From Hormoscilla sp. (GTDB lineage Bacteria > Cyanobacteriota > Cyanobacteriia > Cyanobacteriales > Desertifilaceae), in assembly GCA_051439505.1 (NCBI GenBank), contig JBFRWI010000011.1, positions 1 through 24,012 of the forward strand: 24,012 bases of DNA, read 5' to 3'. A model generated the notes under the pieces. The model saw nothing but the letters and a program-made list of their open reading frames with translations. It was not told the origin of the DNA and searched no databases. Each line of letters starts with the position of its first letter. Positions within the stretch are counted from its first letter, which is position 1. Position numbers and translations under genes: made by a program. Shown here one piece after another: positions 16,293 to 24,012 of the stretch.

Positions 16293-17312
16293 TTATCGCA
16301 TATTCTGCTTTTTTTCTTTCTTCAGATCGCGGGTGCCTACTGCTGCCAATTCAGCATCATTGATCGTTTGTCCTGTGGCAGCGAGGTAAACATCATCTAA
16401 ACTGGGGCGAGATTGGGCAATGCCAAAGGTGGGTAAACCAGCATCCTGCAATGCTTTCTGTACAGTCATCAAGGCGTCACTTTGCGGAGTTACCACTAAG
16501 TTCAGGGAGTTGCCTTGAGCCGCATTTACGATCGCCGACTGTACCATTGGTAAAGTCGAGAGCATCTCTTTGGCTTTTTCGGCTTCTTCGGCAGGGGAAA
16601 ATTCCCGGATGCGCAGGGTGATGCGATCGCCTCCCACCCGGTCTTTCAATTCCGAGGGTGTTCCCGATGCTATGACCACACCTTTATCTACGATTGCCAC
16701 GCGATCGGCTAAAGCGTCAACTTCTTCTAGATAATGGCTAGTAATCAACACCGTTGTCCCATCCGATCGCAGTTGACGCAAGAAATTCCATACCGCCATC
16801 CGGCTTTCGATATCCAGTCCCACTGTCGGTTCATCTAAAACCAGGACATCTGGTTGATGCAGTAGTCCTGCTGCTAAATCTAAGCGCTTCCGCAAACCGC
16901 CCGAGTAGGTGCCCGTCTTTTGATTGGCATATTCTTGCATACCTAGCAAGTTGAGGGCCTTATTAATCCGTTCTGGGATAATTTTGCGGGGCAGATGGTA
17001 AAGTGCTGCTTGTAATTCTAGCAGTTCTCGTCCTGTGAGCACCTTATCCAGAGCCACTTCCTGAGCTACATAGCCCAAGAGTTGTCTAGCTGCTTTGGGG
17101 TTGTCCAGAACTGAGATGCCTGATACTTCAATCTTGCCACTGTCGGGGGTACTTAAGGTACAAAGACAGCGTAAAGTTGTGGTTTTCCCTGCGCCATTGG
17201 GACCGAGGAGCCCAAATATCTCTCCCGGTTCTACTTTGAGGGTAACGTCTTTCACTGCTGTCACGCTGCCGTAACGCTTTTGCAGATTTTCGATTAAAAC
17301 AGCTGGAGCCAT
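16293..17312 (-). CDS. ABC transporter ATP-binding protein (DrrA-like, ABC-2 exporter)
   Basis: Walker A GPNGAGKTT, signature YSGGLRKR, Walker B VLVLDEPT, H-loop TSHY. Confidence 0.95.
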   Translation of the reverse strand: MAPAVLIENLQKRYGSVTAVKDVTLKVEPGEIFGLLGPNGAGKTTTLRCLCTLSTPDSGKIEVSGISVLDNPKAARQLLGYVAQEVALDKVLTGRELLELQAALYHLPRKIIPERINKALNLLGMQEYANQKTGTYSGGLRKRLDLAAGLLHQPDVLVLDEPTVGLDIESRMAVWNFLRQLRSDGTTVLITSHYLEEVDALADRVAIVDKGVVIASGTPSELKDRVGGDRITLRIREFSPAEEAEKAKEMLSTLPMVQSAIVNAAQGNSLNLVVTPQSDALMTVQKALQDAGLPTFGIAQSRPSLDDVYLAATGQTINDAELAAVGTRDLKKEKKQNMR

Positions 17313-17429
17313 TGGTCTGGTTTCCTTTGGGGATGCTACATAAATCTTAACATGCTTTCGATCTATTGTATGGGGGTTGCCGCATTTGCTGACCAGCCGC
17401 TGAAACCCACCGCCACAGGAGCCTAATCT

Positions 17430-18173
17430 TTATACACTTAACCGGGCCGATGCTCCTCCATCAATACTCAGTGCTTGACCTGTCATGTAAGAAGATTGGT
17501 CGAAGTCAGCTAAAAAAAGAATCCCTCGGGCAATTTCTTCAGGGGTTGCTACTCGGCCAATTACTATTCTTTCTCCCATTTTATCCAGCATTTCTTCTGC
17601 ACTTATACTTGAAATTTCTTCTGGTAATCCTTCCCTTAGCATCTGCGTGTCCACTGACCCTGGTAATATAGAATTAACCCGAATATTTTTTTGTGCTACT
17701 TCGATCGCTAATGAGCGAGTGAAGCTCACTATTCCTCCTTTGCTGGCTGCATAGGCTGTACAATTTGCATAAGTAGCGATCGCATGCAATGAACTCACAT
17801 TTACGATACTACCTTGACTCTCTTGCAGCAGCTCATAAGATGCTTTCGATAACAAAAATGCCGCCCGCAAGTTCACCGCCATCACGCGATCCCATTCTTC
17901 TACATCTGTCTCTATTATCGGCTTGCATATCATCATCGCAGCATTGTTGATCAAGGCGTCCATTCTGCCTATCTTATTTTGAATTTCTGTTACTGCTCCT
18001 GATATCTCTTCTGGGGATGAAATGTCTGCTTGAATATAGCGATCGATGCCAACAATTTTATGTTCATTTTTTTTGTCAAGGCCAACAACCTGCCATCCTT
18101 GATCTGAGAATAGTTTGGCCGTGGCCGAGCCAATACCCCCTGCTGCACCAGTGATTAAAACCACTCGCTTCAT
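17430..18173 (-). CDS. Classical short-chain dehydrogenase/reductase (SDR)
   Basis: TGAAGGIG, NNAA, VNVSS, YAASK and PG.VDT motifs; AGGAGAGGGG RBS; visibly more AT-rich than its neighbours. Confidence 0.93.
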   Translation of the reverse strand: MKRVVLITGAAGGIGSATAKLFSDQGWQVVGLDKKNEHKIVGIDRYIQADISSPEEISGAVTEIQNKIGRMDALINNAAMMICKPIIETDVEEWDRVMAVNLRAAFLLSKASYELLQESQGSIVNVSSLHAIATYANCTAYAASKGGIVSFTRSLAIEVAQKNIRVNSILPGSVDTQMLREGLPEEISSISAEEMLDKMGERIVIGRVATPEEIARGILFLADFDQSSYMTGQALSIDGGASARLSV

Positions 18174-18225
18174 GTTTTTCCCCTCTCCTGGGTACCATAA
18201 CTTTCCCTTACTTCCATCTCAGGGA

Positions 18226-18506
18226 GCAAACCACCCTGTGCCTGTCTCTTGATTAGCATACTCTTGCAACAAGAGCAAGTTTAGGGCATAATTAATCCTT
18301 TCTGGGATAATTTTGCCGGTGGGACCACCGAGCCCAAATATCTCTCCCGGTTCTACGGGTGAGGGTAACGTCCTTCACGGCTGTCACGCTGCCGTAACAA
18401 TGACTACAGATTTTCGATCTATACAGCCCGATCCATTGGTCTGGAGTCCTTTGGGGATGCTATAGAAATCTTAACATGCTTTTTCTCTTTTGTAGGGAGT
18501 TGCAGC
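18226..18506 (-). pseudogene. Decayed duplicate of the ABC ATPase 5' end and upstream region
   Basis: 18320-18506 aligns with 17198-17383 and 18226-18316 aligns with 16892-16987. The copy's ATG (18436) reads ATG GAT CGG GCT GTA TAG, a stop at codon 6; about 210 nt are deleted internally. Confidence 0.88.
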
Positions 18507-18660
18507 CCTTACTGGTCTAATTAACATTATCTGACTATTCGATATAATTTTGGGGATAGAGGGACAAAAATAACTATAACAGATAGAGCATAATTTGTCA
18601 AGCTTCGCCTTGGGAAAGGGGGAAAGGGGGCTTTACTTTTAACTCGATCTGTGCCATAAG

Positions 18661-18684
18661 CAAAGCCCGCCTAGGCGGGCTTTG
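18661..18684 (-). terminator. Terminator hairpin after ctaB
   Basis: CAAAGCCCGC-CTAG-GCGGGCTTTG perfect inverted repeat, 37 nt beyond the ctaB stop. Confidence 0.7.
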
Positions 18685-18721
18685 TGAGATTACTCCCACC
18701 CATCGTGAGGGTGAAGATTAC

Positions 18722-19702
18722 CTACAAACTTGGGATAGCGCTAATCAGAGTCTGAATATTCTCAGCACCGGTGCTAACCAAGTAATGGGTAACTGGCAAA
18801 CTATCAATCACCATGGCAGTGCAAAGTAGCATCATGTACAGGATGGAATATTTGAACATGGATTTTGCCAAAGGTTTATCAGATGGATTCTGTAACAACT
18901 GCCAGGCTTTTTTGAGAAAGATCGCGCCCAACAAGAGAGCGATCGCGCCATAAACCAAGCCAGAGGAACCCAAGGGATAAATCAGCAACAGGGAAACTGG
19001 CACCACTAACAGGGAGTAAACCCAGATTTGCCAAGTAGTAGACTCTTCACCCTCAACTACAGGTAGCATGGGAACGCCAACAGACGCATAATCATTCTTA
19101 ATCATCAGCGCCAAAGCCCAGAAATGAGGAGGCGTCCACAGGAAGATCAGGGTAAATAGTAGCCAAGGCGTCCAACCCAAATTACCGGTAACAGCGGCCC
19201 AACCTACTAAGGGCGGAATGGCACCAGCAGCACCGCCAATCACAATATTTTGGGTGCTATGACGTTTCAGGAAATGGGTGTAGACCAACATATAGAAGAC
19301 TATACCAGACATGGCTAGTAAAGCCGCTAGCAGGTTGGCAAAAACAGTTAACAGGGTAAAGGAGAGAATTGCTAGAATGATTGCAAAGATGAGAGCATGG
19401 CGCGGCTGTACCGTACCGGAAGGCAAAGGACGCTTGCGAGTGCGTTCCATTGCATAGTCGATGTCGAGATCGTAAATACAGTTAAGGGTTTGAGCAGATG
19501 CTGCTGCCAGGGTTCCCCCAGTCAGGGTCACCAACAGTAATATGGGGTCTACCCTTCCCGACGAGGCGATCCACATACTAGCAGCTGTGGTAATCAGCAG
19601 TAAGGGGATAATTCGAGGCTTAGTTAACTGATAGTAACTGCGAATTACTTCGAGAAAGTTCTGAGTCCGAGGGGATAAATTAACCTCAATTAATTCTTGC
19701 AT
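18722..19702 (-). CDS. ctaB: Protoheme IX farnesyltransferase (heme o synthase)
   Basis: [39 protein letters not shown] and [11 protein letters not shown]. Start placed at ATG 19702 (MQELIEV). Confidence 0.95.
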   Translation of the reverse strand: MQELIEVNLSPRTQNFLEVIRSYYQLTKPRIIPLLLITTAASMWIASSGRVDPILLLVTLTGGTLAAASAQTLNCIYDLDIDYAMERTRKRPLPSGTVQPRHALIFAIILAILSFTLLTVFANLLAALLAMSGIVFYMLVYTHFLKRHSTQNIVIGGAAGAIPPLVGWAAVTGNLGWTPWLLFTLIFLWTPPHFWALALMIKNDYASVGVPMLPVVEGEESTTWQIWVYSLLVVPVSLLLIYPLGSSGLVYGAIALLLGAIFLKKAWQLLQNPSDKPLAKSMFKYSILYMMLLCTAMVIDSLPVTHYLVSTGAENIQTLISAIPSL

Positions 19703-19775
19703 GGATTCCAATGTTGAAAAAACTTCTATTATTTTATCCCATTTTGACAAAAAAATGCTACAATTGCTCATTATT

Positions 19776-19807
19776 GAGCAGTCGGTTTTAATTTTAACCG
19801 ACTGCTC
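19776..19807. other. 12-bp perfect stem-loop between ctaA and ctaB
   Basis: GAGCAGTCGGTT-TTAATTTT-AACCGACTGCTC. Confidence 0.7.
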
Positions 19808-19883
19808 GCCTCTAGCCTTTGGGTTTAAACCCCCTACGGGATAACAGCGAAGTGAATAACTGTATCATCATTAAATCAAAGTC

Positions 19884-20834
19884 TTAACAGTGGCGATTGT
19901 TGTTCCTTAAATGGTTTCCCGATCGGGGGCGATCGCTGGGATCTCTATCTCTTATTCCCACCACTGTAAAAGCTACCAATGTCCCCAGTAATGCGGCACC
20001 AATAGCCTGGTGAGCAACTGTCAGGGGTTCTACTTGCAGATGTAACCAGAAGGTAGCAACTCCCAAAATTATCTGCAAAACTAACAAGGCCCCGGCTCCG
20101 TAAGCTAGACGCCTGAGCAGCGGATGTAATGCAGGAGTGCGTAAAGCTAGAATCACTAGGATCCCAGTTGCTAGGGTAGGGGGGACCACGCCAGCAATGT
20201 GGCTATGCATCACTGCACATAGCTGGCTATATCCAAAACATTGATGCAATGCCCACTGAGAGGCAACCAGTCCGCCTAATATACTTTGTAGATAAACCAG
20301 AATTGCCCCAGTTAAGCCGATCCCAGTTAATTTTCCAGCTGCCCCGGTACCTTGATAAGGTTCTAGTGCCATGCCGATCGCTACTAGGGTGGTGAAAAAT
20401 AACAGAGCACATCCCAGATGGGCGGCGACGATATCAAACCTCAGCAGTTCGGTAACGGTAAGTCCTCCTAAAACTCCCTGGAAGATGACTAACCCTAGTG
20501 CGCCAGTAGAGGCCCAGGGGAGCCAGTTGGGTAGTTGCTGGCGATACCACCAGCTTAATCCCACTAGGGCGATCGCCATCAATCCAATCAACCCCGCATC
20601 CAACCGGTGAAACCACTCCAGAAATACCTGAAGATTCATTTCCTGCGCCGGCACTAGCTTGCCGTAGCACAATGGCCAATCCGGACAGGCCAGACCCGCA
20701 TTCATCACCCGCGTGGCACTCCCGATCGCCATCAGCAGCAGCGTCGCGATCGCCATTTTCCAGGTTAGGCCACGGATACGCCCTTGAATTTCTCCTGCCG
20801 AAGTCAAATTTTGATGCAGTGCTGACTCAGTCAT
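19884..20834 (-). CDS. ctaA: Heme A synthase (COX15/CtaA)
   Basis: GSATRVMNAGLACPDWPLCYG, EWFHRL, Q..LGGLTV and conserved His residues in TM helices. Confidence 0.94.
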   Translation of the reverse strand: MTESALHQNLTSAGEIQGRIRGLTWKMAIATLLLMAIGSATRVMNAGLACPDWPLCYGKLVPAQEMNLQVFLEWFHRLDAGLIGLMAIALVGLSWWYRQQLPNWLPWASTGALGLVIFQGVLGGLTVTELLRFDIVAAHLGCALLFFTTLVAIGMALEPYQGTGAAGKLTGIGLTGAILVYLQSILGGLVASQWALHQCFGYSQLCAVMHSHIAGVVPPTLATGILVILALRTPALHPLLRRLAYGAGALLVLQIILGVATFWLHLQVEPLTVAHQAIGAALLGTLVAFTVVGIRDRDPSDRPRSGNHLRNNNRHC

Positions 20835-21125
20835 ATACCACTTTGAAACCTTATTGTTATCTCTATCAAGTTACCAATGAGCTTGCGCTCACATCTTCTT
20901 TACTTATATCAGGCTGTCCCTAGAAGCCAAAAGCCTTTGTAATTTCTTCCGATTTTGACGAATTGTTAATTTATATTTCTGTTTTTTATTATAAAGTTGA
21001 TAAACTTAACATAATCTGGCGACCGGCGCTTTTAGTGTCAACAGCACTCTAAGGATAAACAAACACAAGGTTTTGAAATAGTAGATTAGATATAAAATTG
21101 TCTGCAAACCAATGGGCGATGCTTA

Positions 21126-21153
21126 TGGTGTGTCAACTCTGGTGTGTCAACTC
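21126..21153. repeat. 14-bp perfect tandem direct repeat
   Basis: TGGTGTGTCAACTC x2. Confidence 0.8.
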
Positions 21154-21383
21154 AAATGCATGATATATCAGCCCAGGTTAGCTAGCTAGCTGAGTATAGG
21201 AATAAATGTTGAGATAATATCGATCTAATATAAAATCACAATATATGACGTGATATCTATATCAGCTTTTGGCCTGTAGGTTAGTTTGGGACTGCTGTTG
21301 CTGGCGATCGCGCCTGTCGTAGTGGCGGAGGAAGCGATCGCATTTCTAAGAGGATTTACGCAGACATAAGATCTAGGAGTGGT

Positions 21384-21587
21384 CTATTCTGCTAGTTGCA
21401 GCCAACCCCTACGGATCGCGTATAGTAGCCGGTCGATCGCAGAGTAATCTTCTTCACTAAGTGTATTTTCGAGAAGCACCGATCTCAGTTGTTGCCGGTG
21501 ATTCATAGTCACTTTTCCAGAACGACAAACCTGAAAGACCAGTTCTGCAATTATGAAACTTGGTGGAAATGCTTGATATTGAAGCAT
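21384..21587 (-). CDS. 67-aa cyanobacterial small protein (paralog A)
   Basis: From ATG 21587: MLQYQAFPPSFIIAELVFQVCRSGKVTMNHRQQLRSVLLENTLSEEDYSAIDRLLYAIRRGWLQLAE. The LSEE...IDRLL...RRG.L pattern is typical of an uncharacterised cyanobacterial small-protein family (recalled). Confidence 0.75.
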   Translation of the reverse strand: MLQYQAFPPSFIIAELVFQVCRSGKVTMNHRQQLRSVLLENTLSEEDYSAIDRLLYAIRRGWLQLAE

Positions 21588-21770
21588 GGTACTGACAATC
21601 CTCTCAGTTTTCTGAACAGTTTTTTCACAGCGTAAAGATTTATTAATGTAAGTTAATAAATCTGATGATGATGCTACCAAATTAGATTTTCAGCTCAAAA
21701 ACGCTGTAAAATTACTATTTAAGACTAATGTTAATTCGGAGCCATCACTGTGATAATCAATTTGCCAAAT

Positions 21771-21786
21771 GGTGATGATTGTCACC
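21771..21786. promoter_or_regulatory. Putative CRP-family binding site
   Basis: GGTGA-TGATTG-TCACC, 8/10 match to TGTGA-N6-TCACA and palindromic; upstream of paralog A. Confidence 0.45.
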
Positions 21787-21942
21787 CCTAATGTGAAGAT
21801 CGATTGTTAAAAGAGAATTATGAAGATTTAATTAAGATTGGAAATTAGCAATTGGTCAGCTAGTCAGAACTACATCGCTAGACGGATAACCTTGGTGCAA
21901 GGGCTAGGAAATTATGATGGGAGAAAGGGAAGCGATCGGCAA

Positions 21943-22146
21943 CTAATCCTCGACTGTGAGCAATCCACTTTGCAAGCCGTCCAGCACGAGATTAATGAGA
22001 TTATGCTCTCGATCGTCGATCTCGTCTCCCGATCGCAGGGGCGAACTCAGCAAATGCAGATCCAGGCTAGAAATGCGCTGACGGACAAATATCTGAGTGA
22101 CAACTTGCTCGATCTTGAGCTGACAGAGGATTACTTCAGGTGTCAT
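21943..22146 (-). CDS. 67-aa cyanobacterial small protein (paralog B)
   Basis: MTPEVILCQLKIEQVVTQIFVRQRISSLDLHLLSSPLRSGDEIDDREHNLINLVLDGLQSGLLTVED aligns with paralog A (I.(E/Q).V.Q ... I...L.....G.L...(D/E) at the C-terminus); same length and strand. Confidence 0.7.
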   Translation of the reverse strand: MTPEVILCQLKIEQVVTQIFVRQRISSLDLHLLSSPLRSGDEIDDREHNLINLVLDGLQSGLLTVED

Positions 22147-22289
22147 CGTACTTGGTGAAACTCGATGTTCCTAGTATCGGCTCGGGCAATGGATGGTGGT
22201 GTGATGAAATCATGGCACAAGAGTGAATTCACGCTTGTGAAGAGGTGCTGCGAGCCGCAAGTTATATGTGACACTCACAAAGTTAGTTG

Positions 22290-22305
22290 AGTGATGCCGA
22301 TCACA
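22290..22305. promoter_or_regulatory. Putative CRP-family binding site
   Basis: AGTGA-TGCCGA-TCACA, 9/10 match to TGTGA-N6-TCACA; minus-strand TATAAC/TAACTT at about 22266-22259; upstream of paralog B. Confidence 0.5.
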
Positions 22306-22310
22306 CCTGC

Positions 22311-23042
22311 TTAAGGGAGCATCAGGGACAGGGGTGTTTCTAGGCCATGAGCCTGCATGAGTGGCCCATCGGCCATTACTTCCCGGGGAGGACCATCGGC
22401 GAGGATCTGGCCTTGGTTAAGTAAGAGGACGCGATCGCACAGTTCCAGAATCAGTTCTAAATCGTGGGAGGAGATGACTAGGGTTTCCTGGGAGTCTCGC
22501 AAGAAGTCGATCAGGCGACGCCGGGCCCGCAGATCCAGGTTGGCGCTGGGTTCGTCGTAAATCACTAGCTGGGGGTGCATCGCTAAGACAGAGGCGATCG
22601 CCACCATCCGCTTTTCTCCCCCAGACAAGTGGTGGGGTACTCGCGCAGCTAATTCTAAAACACCTGTCAGGGAGAGGGCTGTTCGCACGCGGTCATCTAC
22701 TTCCGCCGGTGACAAGCCAAGATTTTCCGGACCAAATGCGACATCATCCCGGACTGAGGCGGAAAATAACTGATCGTTGGGATTCTGAAATACTAGGCCG
22801 ATTTCCCGACGAAACTCCCCAGCTACTACTGGCTTGTCCCAGAGTACAATTTCACCAGCAGTGGGCTGCAAGACGCCGCAAACTAATAAAAAGAAGGTGG
22901 TTTTACCAGCACCATTGGGACCAATCAGTCCGACTCGTTCTCCTGGCTGTATGGTCAGACTCAGATTCTGTAAGACATGGGGTTTGTCTGGGTAGGAGAA
23001 GCAGAGATCGCAGATGGCGATCGCGGGTTTAACGTTCCTCAT
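22311..23042 (-). CDS. cbiO: ECF-type Co/Ni transporter ATPase (CbiO/NikO)
   Basis: GPNGAGKTT, GLVFQNPNDQLF...V.DDVAFGPEN, HLSGGEKR, YDEP and SHDLEL. Confidence 0.88.
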   Translation of the reverse strand: MRNVKPAIAICDLCFSYPDKPHVLQNLSLTIQPGERVGLIGPNGAGKTTFFLLVCGVLQPTAGEIVLWDKPVVAGEFRREIGLVFQNPNDQLFSASVRDDVAFGPENLGLSPAEVDDRVRTALSLTGVLELAARVPHHLSGGEKRMVAIASVLAMHPQLVIYDEPSANLDLRARRRLIDFLRDSQETLVISSHDLELILELCDRVLLLNQGQILADGPPREVMADGPLMQAHGLETPLSLMLP

Positions 23043-23107
23043 GAGATAGCTGGGATAGCTTTTTCATTCTTTACCTTAAAATAACCACGAACTTAAGGCA
23101 AGCATTA

Positions 23108-23139
23108 AGAAACCAGGTTTTTAAAAAAACCTGGTTTCT
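23108..23139. repeat. 15-bp perfect inverted repeat (AGAAACC...GGTTTCT type)
   Basis: AGAAACCAGGTTTTT-AA-AAAAACCTGGTTTCT. Confidence 0.8.
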
Positions 23140-23229
23140 CAGCTATAGTGAGATCGTGAGAGGTATCCCCTGGCATCTTCGGGAACATTCCCGCGTTGCT
23201 TTCGTCATCTCGCCATCAAGATCTTTAAA

Positions 23230-23319
23230 GATGAACTTCCCAACTCAGTTTCCCCCTTGCTACTCGATTAGGAATTGCTTTACCTAGTATAGAAGTGACC
23301 TAAAATTTTTCAGCATCAT
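23230..23319 (-). pseudogene. Third, decayed copy of the NfeD-like gene (5' remnant)
   Basis: Shared upstream AACAGGAG, then ATG ATG CTG AAA AAT TTT AGG TCA CTT CTA TAC TAG GTA AAG CAA TTC CTA = MMLKNFRSLLY*VKQFL versus MMLKLFMSVIYQVKQFL in the intact copy (CAG to TAG). The 3' boundary is approximate. Confidence 0.75.
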
Positions 23320-23364
23320 AAATTTCTCCTGTTATAATTACAAAATGAAAGTGGGATTGTGTTG

Positions 23365-23643
23365 TCATAATTCGCACTTATGGACTGGTTCTACGAGCAG
23401 GGTGATGTTACTCATATCGATAACTTGAACTGGATCGCCGGGCTTGAGAGTGATAAATTGCTCGCAGCGGGCGGGCCACCAAGTACCTCGAAAATACACG
23501 CACCCTTCTCGATAAGGACCGACGATAGTCTCAGATACTTTGGCTTTTCCTATGAAACCCAACTGTGAGGTTTTACCTTGAGAACTTTTGGATTCTAGGA
23601 GTTGCTTTACCTGGTAGATAACTAACATGAAAATTTTCAGCAT
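23365..23643 (-). CDS. NfeD-like C-terminal OB-fold small protein (copy 2)
   Basis: G.AKVSE.I...EG.VYFRGTWWPARC.....L.PGDPVQVID..NITLLVEP. Confidence 0.85.
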   Translation of the reverse strand: MLKIFMLVIYQVKQLLESKSSQGKTSQLGFIGKAKVSETIVGPYREGCVYFRGTWWPARCEQFITLKPGDPVQVIDMSNITLLVEPVHKCEL

Positions 23644-23713
23644 TATATAAATGTATCCTGTTTTAGTTACAAGTGAAAATGCGAGCTGTTTGGGAGCTTT
23701 TTGCTGCTATTAA

Positions 23714-23995
23714 TTAGAATGAGCTACAAGGAAAAGGTTCCACGAGCAGGGTGATGTTGTTCAGATCGATAACTTGAACTGGATCGCCGGGCTTGAGAGT
23801 GATAAATTGTTCGCAGCGGGCGGGCCACCAAGTGCCTCGAAAATACACGCGCCCTTCTCGATAGGGCCCGACGATGATCTCAGATACTTTAGCTTCTCCT
23901 GTGAAGTCCAACGGTGAGGTTTCGCGATCGGGACTAGCATCTTCTAGGAATTGCTTTACCTGGTAGATAACTGACATGAAAAGTTTCAGCATCAT
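23714..23995 (-). CDS. NfeD-like C-terminal OB-fold small protein (copy 1)
   Basis: Same motif (GRVYFRGTWWPARC...NITLLVEP); AGGAG RBS; core nearly identical to copy 2. Confidence 0.85.
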   Translation of the reverse strand: MMLKLFMSVIYQVKQFLEDASPDRETSPLDFTGEAKVSEIIVGPYREGRVYFRGTWWPARCEQFITLKPGDPVQVIDLNNITLLVEPFPCSSF

Positions 23996-24012
23996 ATAAA
24001 TGTCTCCTGTTT

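Larger units (their letters stand above)
1..24012. repeat. HIP1 (GCGATCGC) dispersed octamer
   Basis: Many copies, e.g. at 3241, 3961, 4873, 7205, 10386, 10405 and 10461; characteristic of cyanobacteria. Confidence 0.95.

Noticed and set aside
17430..18506. IS or transposon carrying the SDR
   Set aside because: No transposase, terminal inverted repeats or short target-site duplication; the flanking homology is host gene sequence.
21838..22158. 106-aa + strand ORF (TTG start)
   Set aside because: No RBS or motif, whereas the overlapping minus-strand 67-aa ORF matches its neighbour in length and pattern.
23365..23995. Diversity-generating retroelement (TR/VR pair)
   Set aside because: Differences between the copies are mixed transitions, not adenine-specific; both copies are whole genes; no reverse transcriptase in the window.

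Overview
24 kb of a cyanobacterial chromosome. Evidence: dense HIP1 GCGATCGC sites, ccmK3/ccmK4, a CurT/CAAD gene and heptamer STRR repeats. It is probably a filamentous, Oscillatoriales-like strain (inference). Core genes: ccmK4 (partial), ccmK3, ilvN, a BON protein, infC, an NTT-like MFS-HEAT protein with a stand-alone cNMP-binding partner, DUF4058, aroA, a receiver + His-less HisKA regulator, a thioredoxin-like 2Fe-2S protein, an SLH protein, curT, an ABC-2 transporter, an SDR, ctaB, ctaA and an orphan cbiO-type ATPase. Structure the ORF track does not show: (1) a probable non-canonical ACG start for infC; (2) a frameshifted D-lactate dehydrogenase pseudogene cut off exactly at a (GCTAATG)9 array; (3) a decayed duplicate of the ABC ATPase upstream region and 5' end bracketing the SDR, resembling a single-crossover integration scar; (4) two tandem 67-aa paralogous microproteins, each preceded by a CRP-type box; (5) a tandem array of membrane-less NfeD-like OB-fold genes with a third, dead copy; (6) a local patch of A-ending codons; and (7) several structured intergenic elements. 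No rRNA, tRNA, CRISPR array or transposase was found. All family calls come from motif recognition by eye, not database searches.
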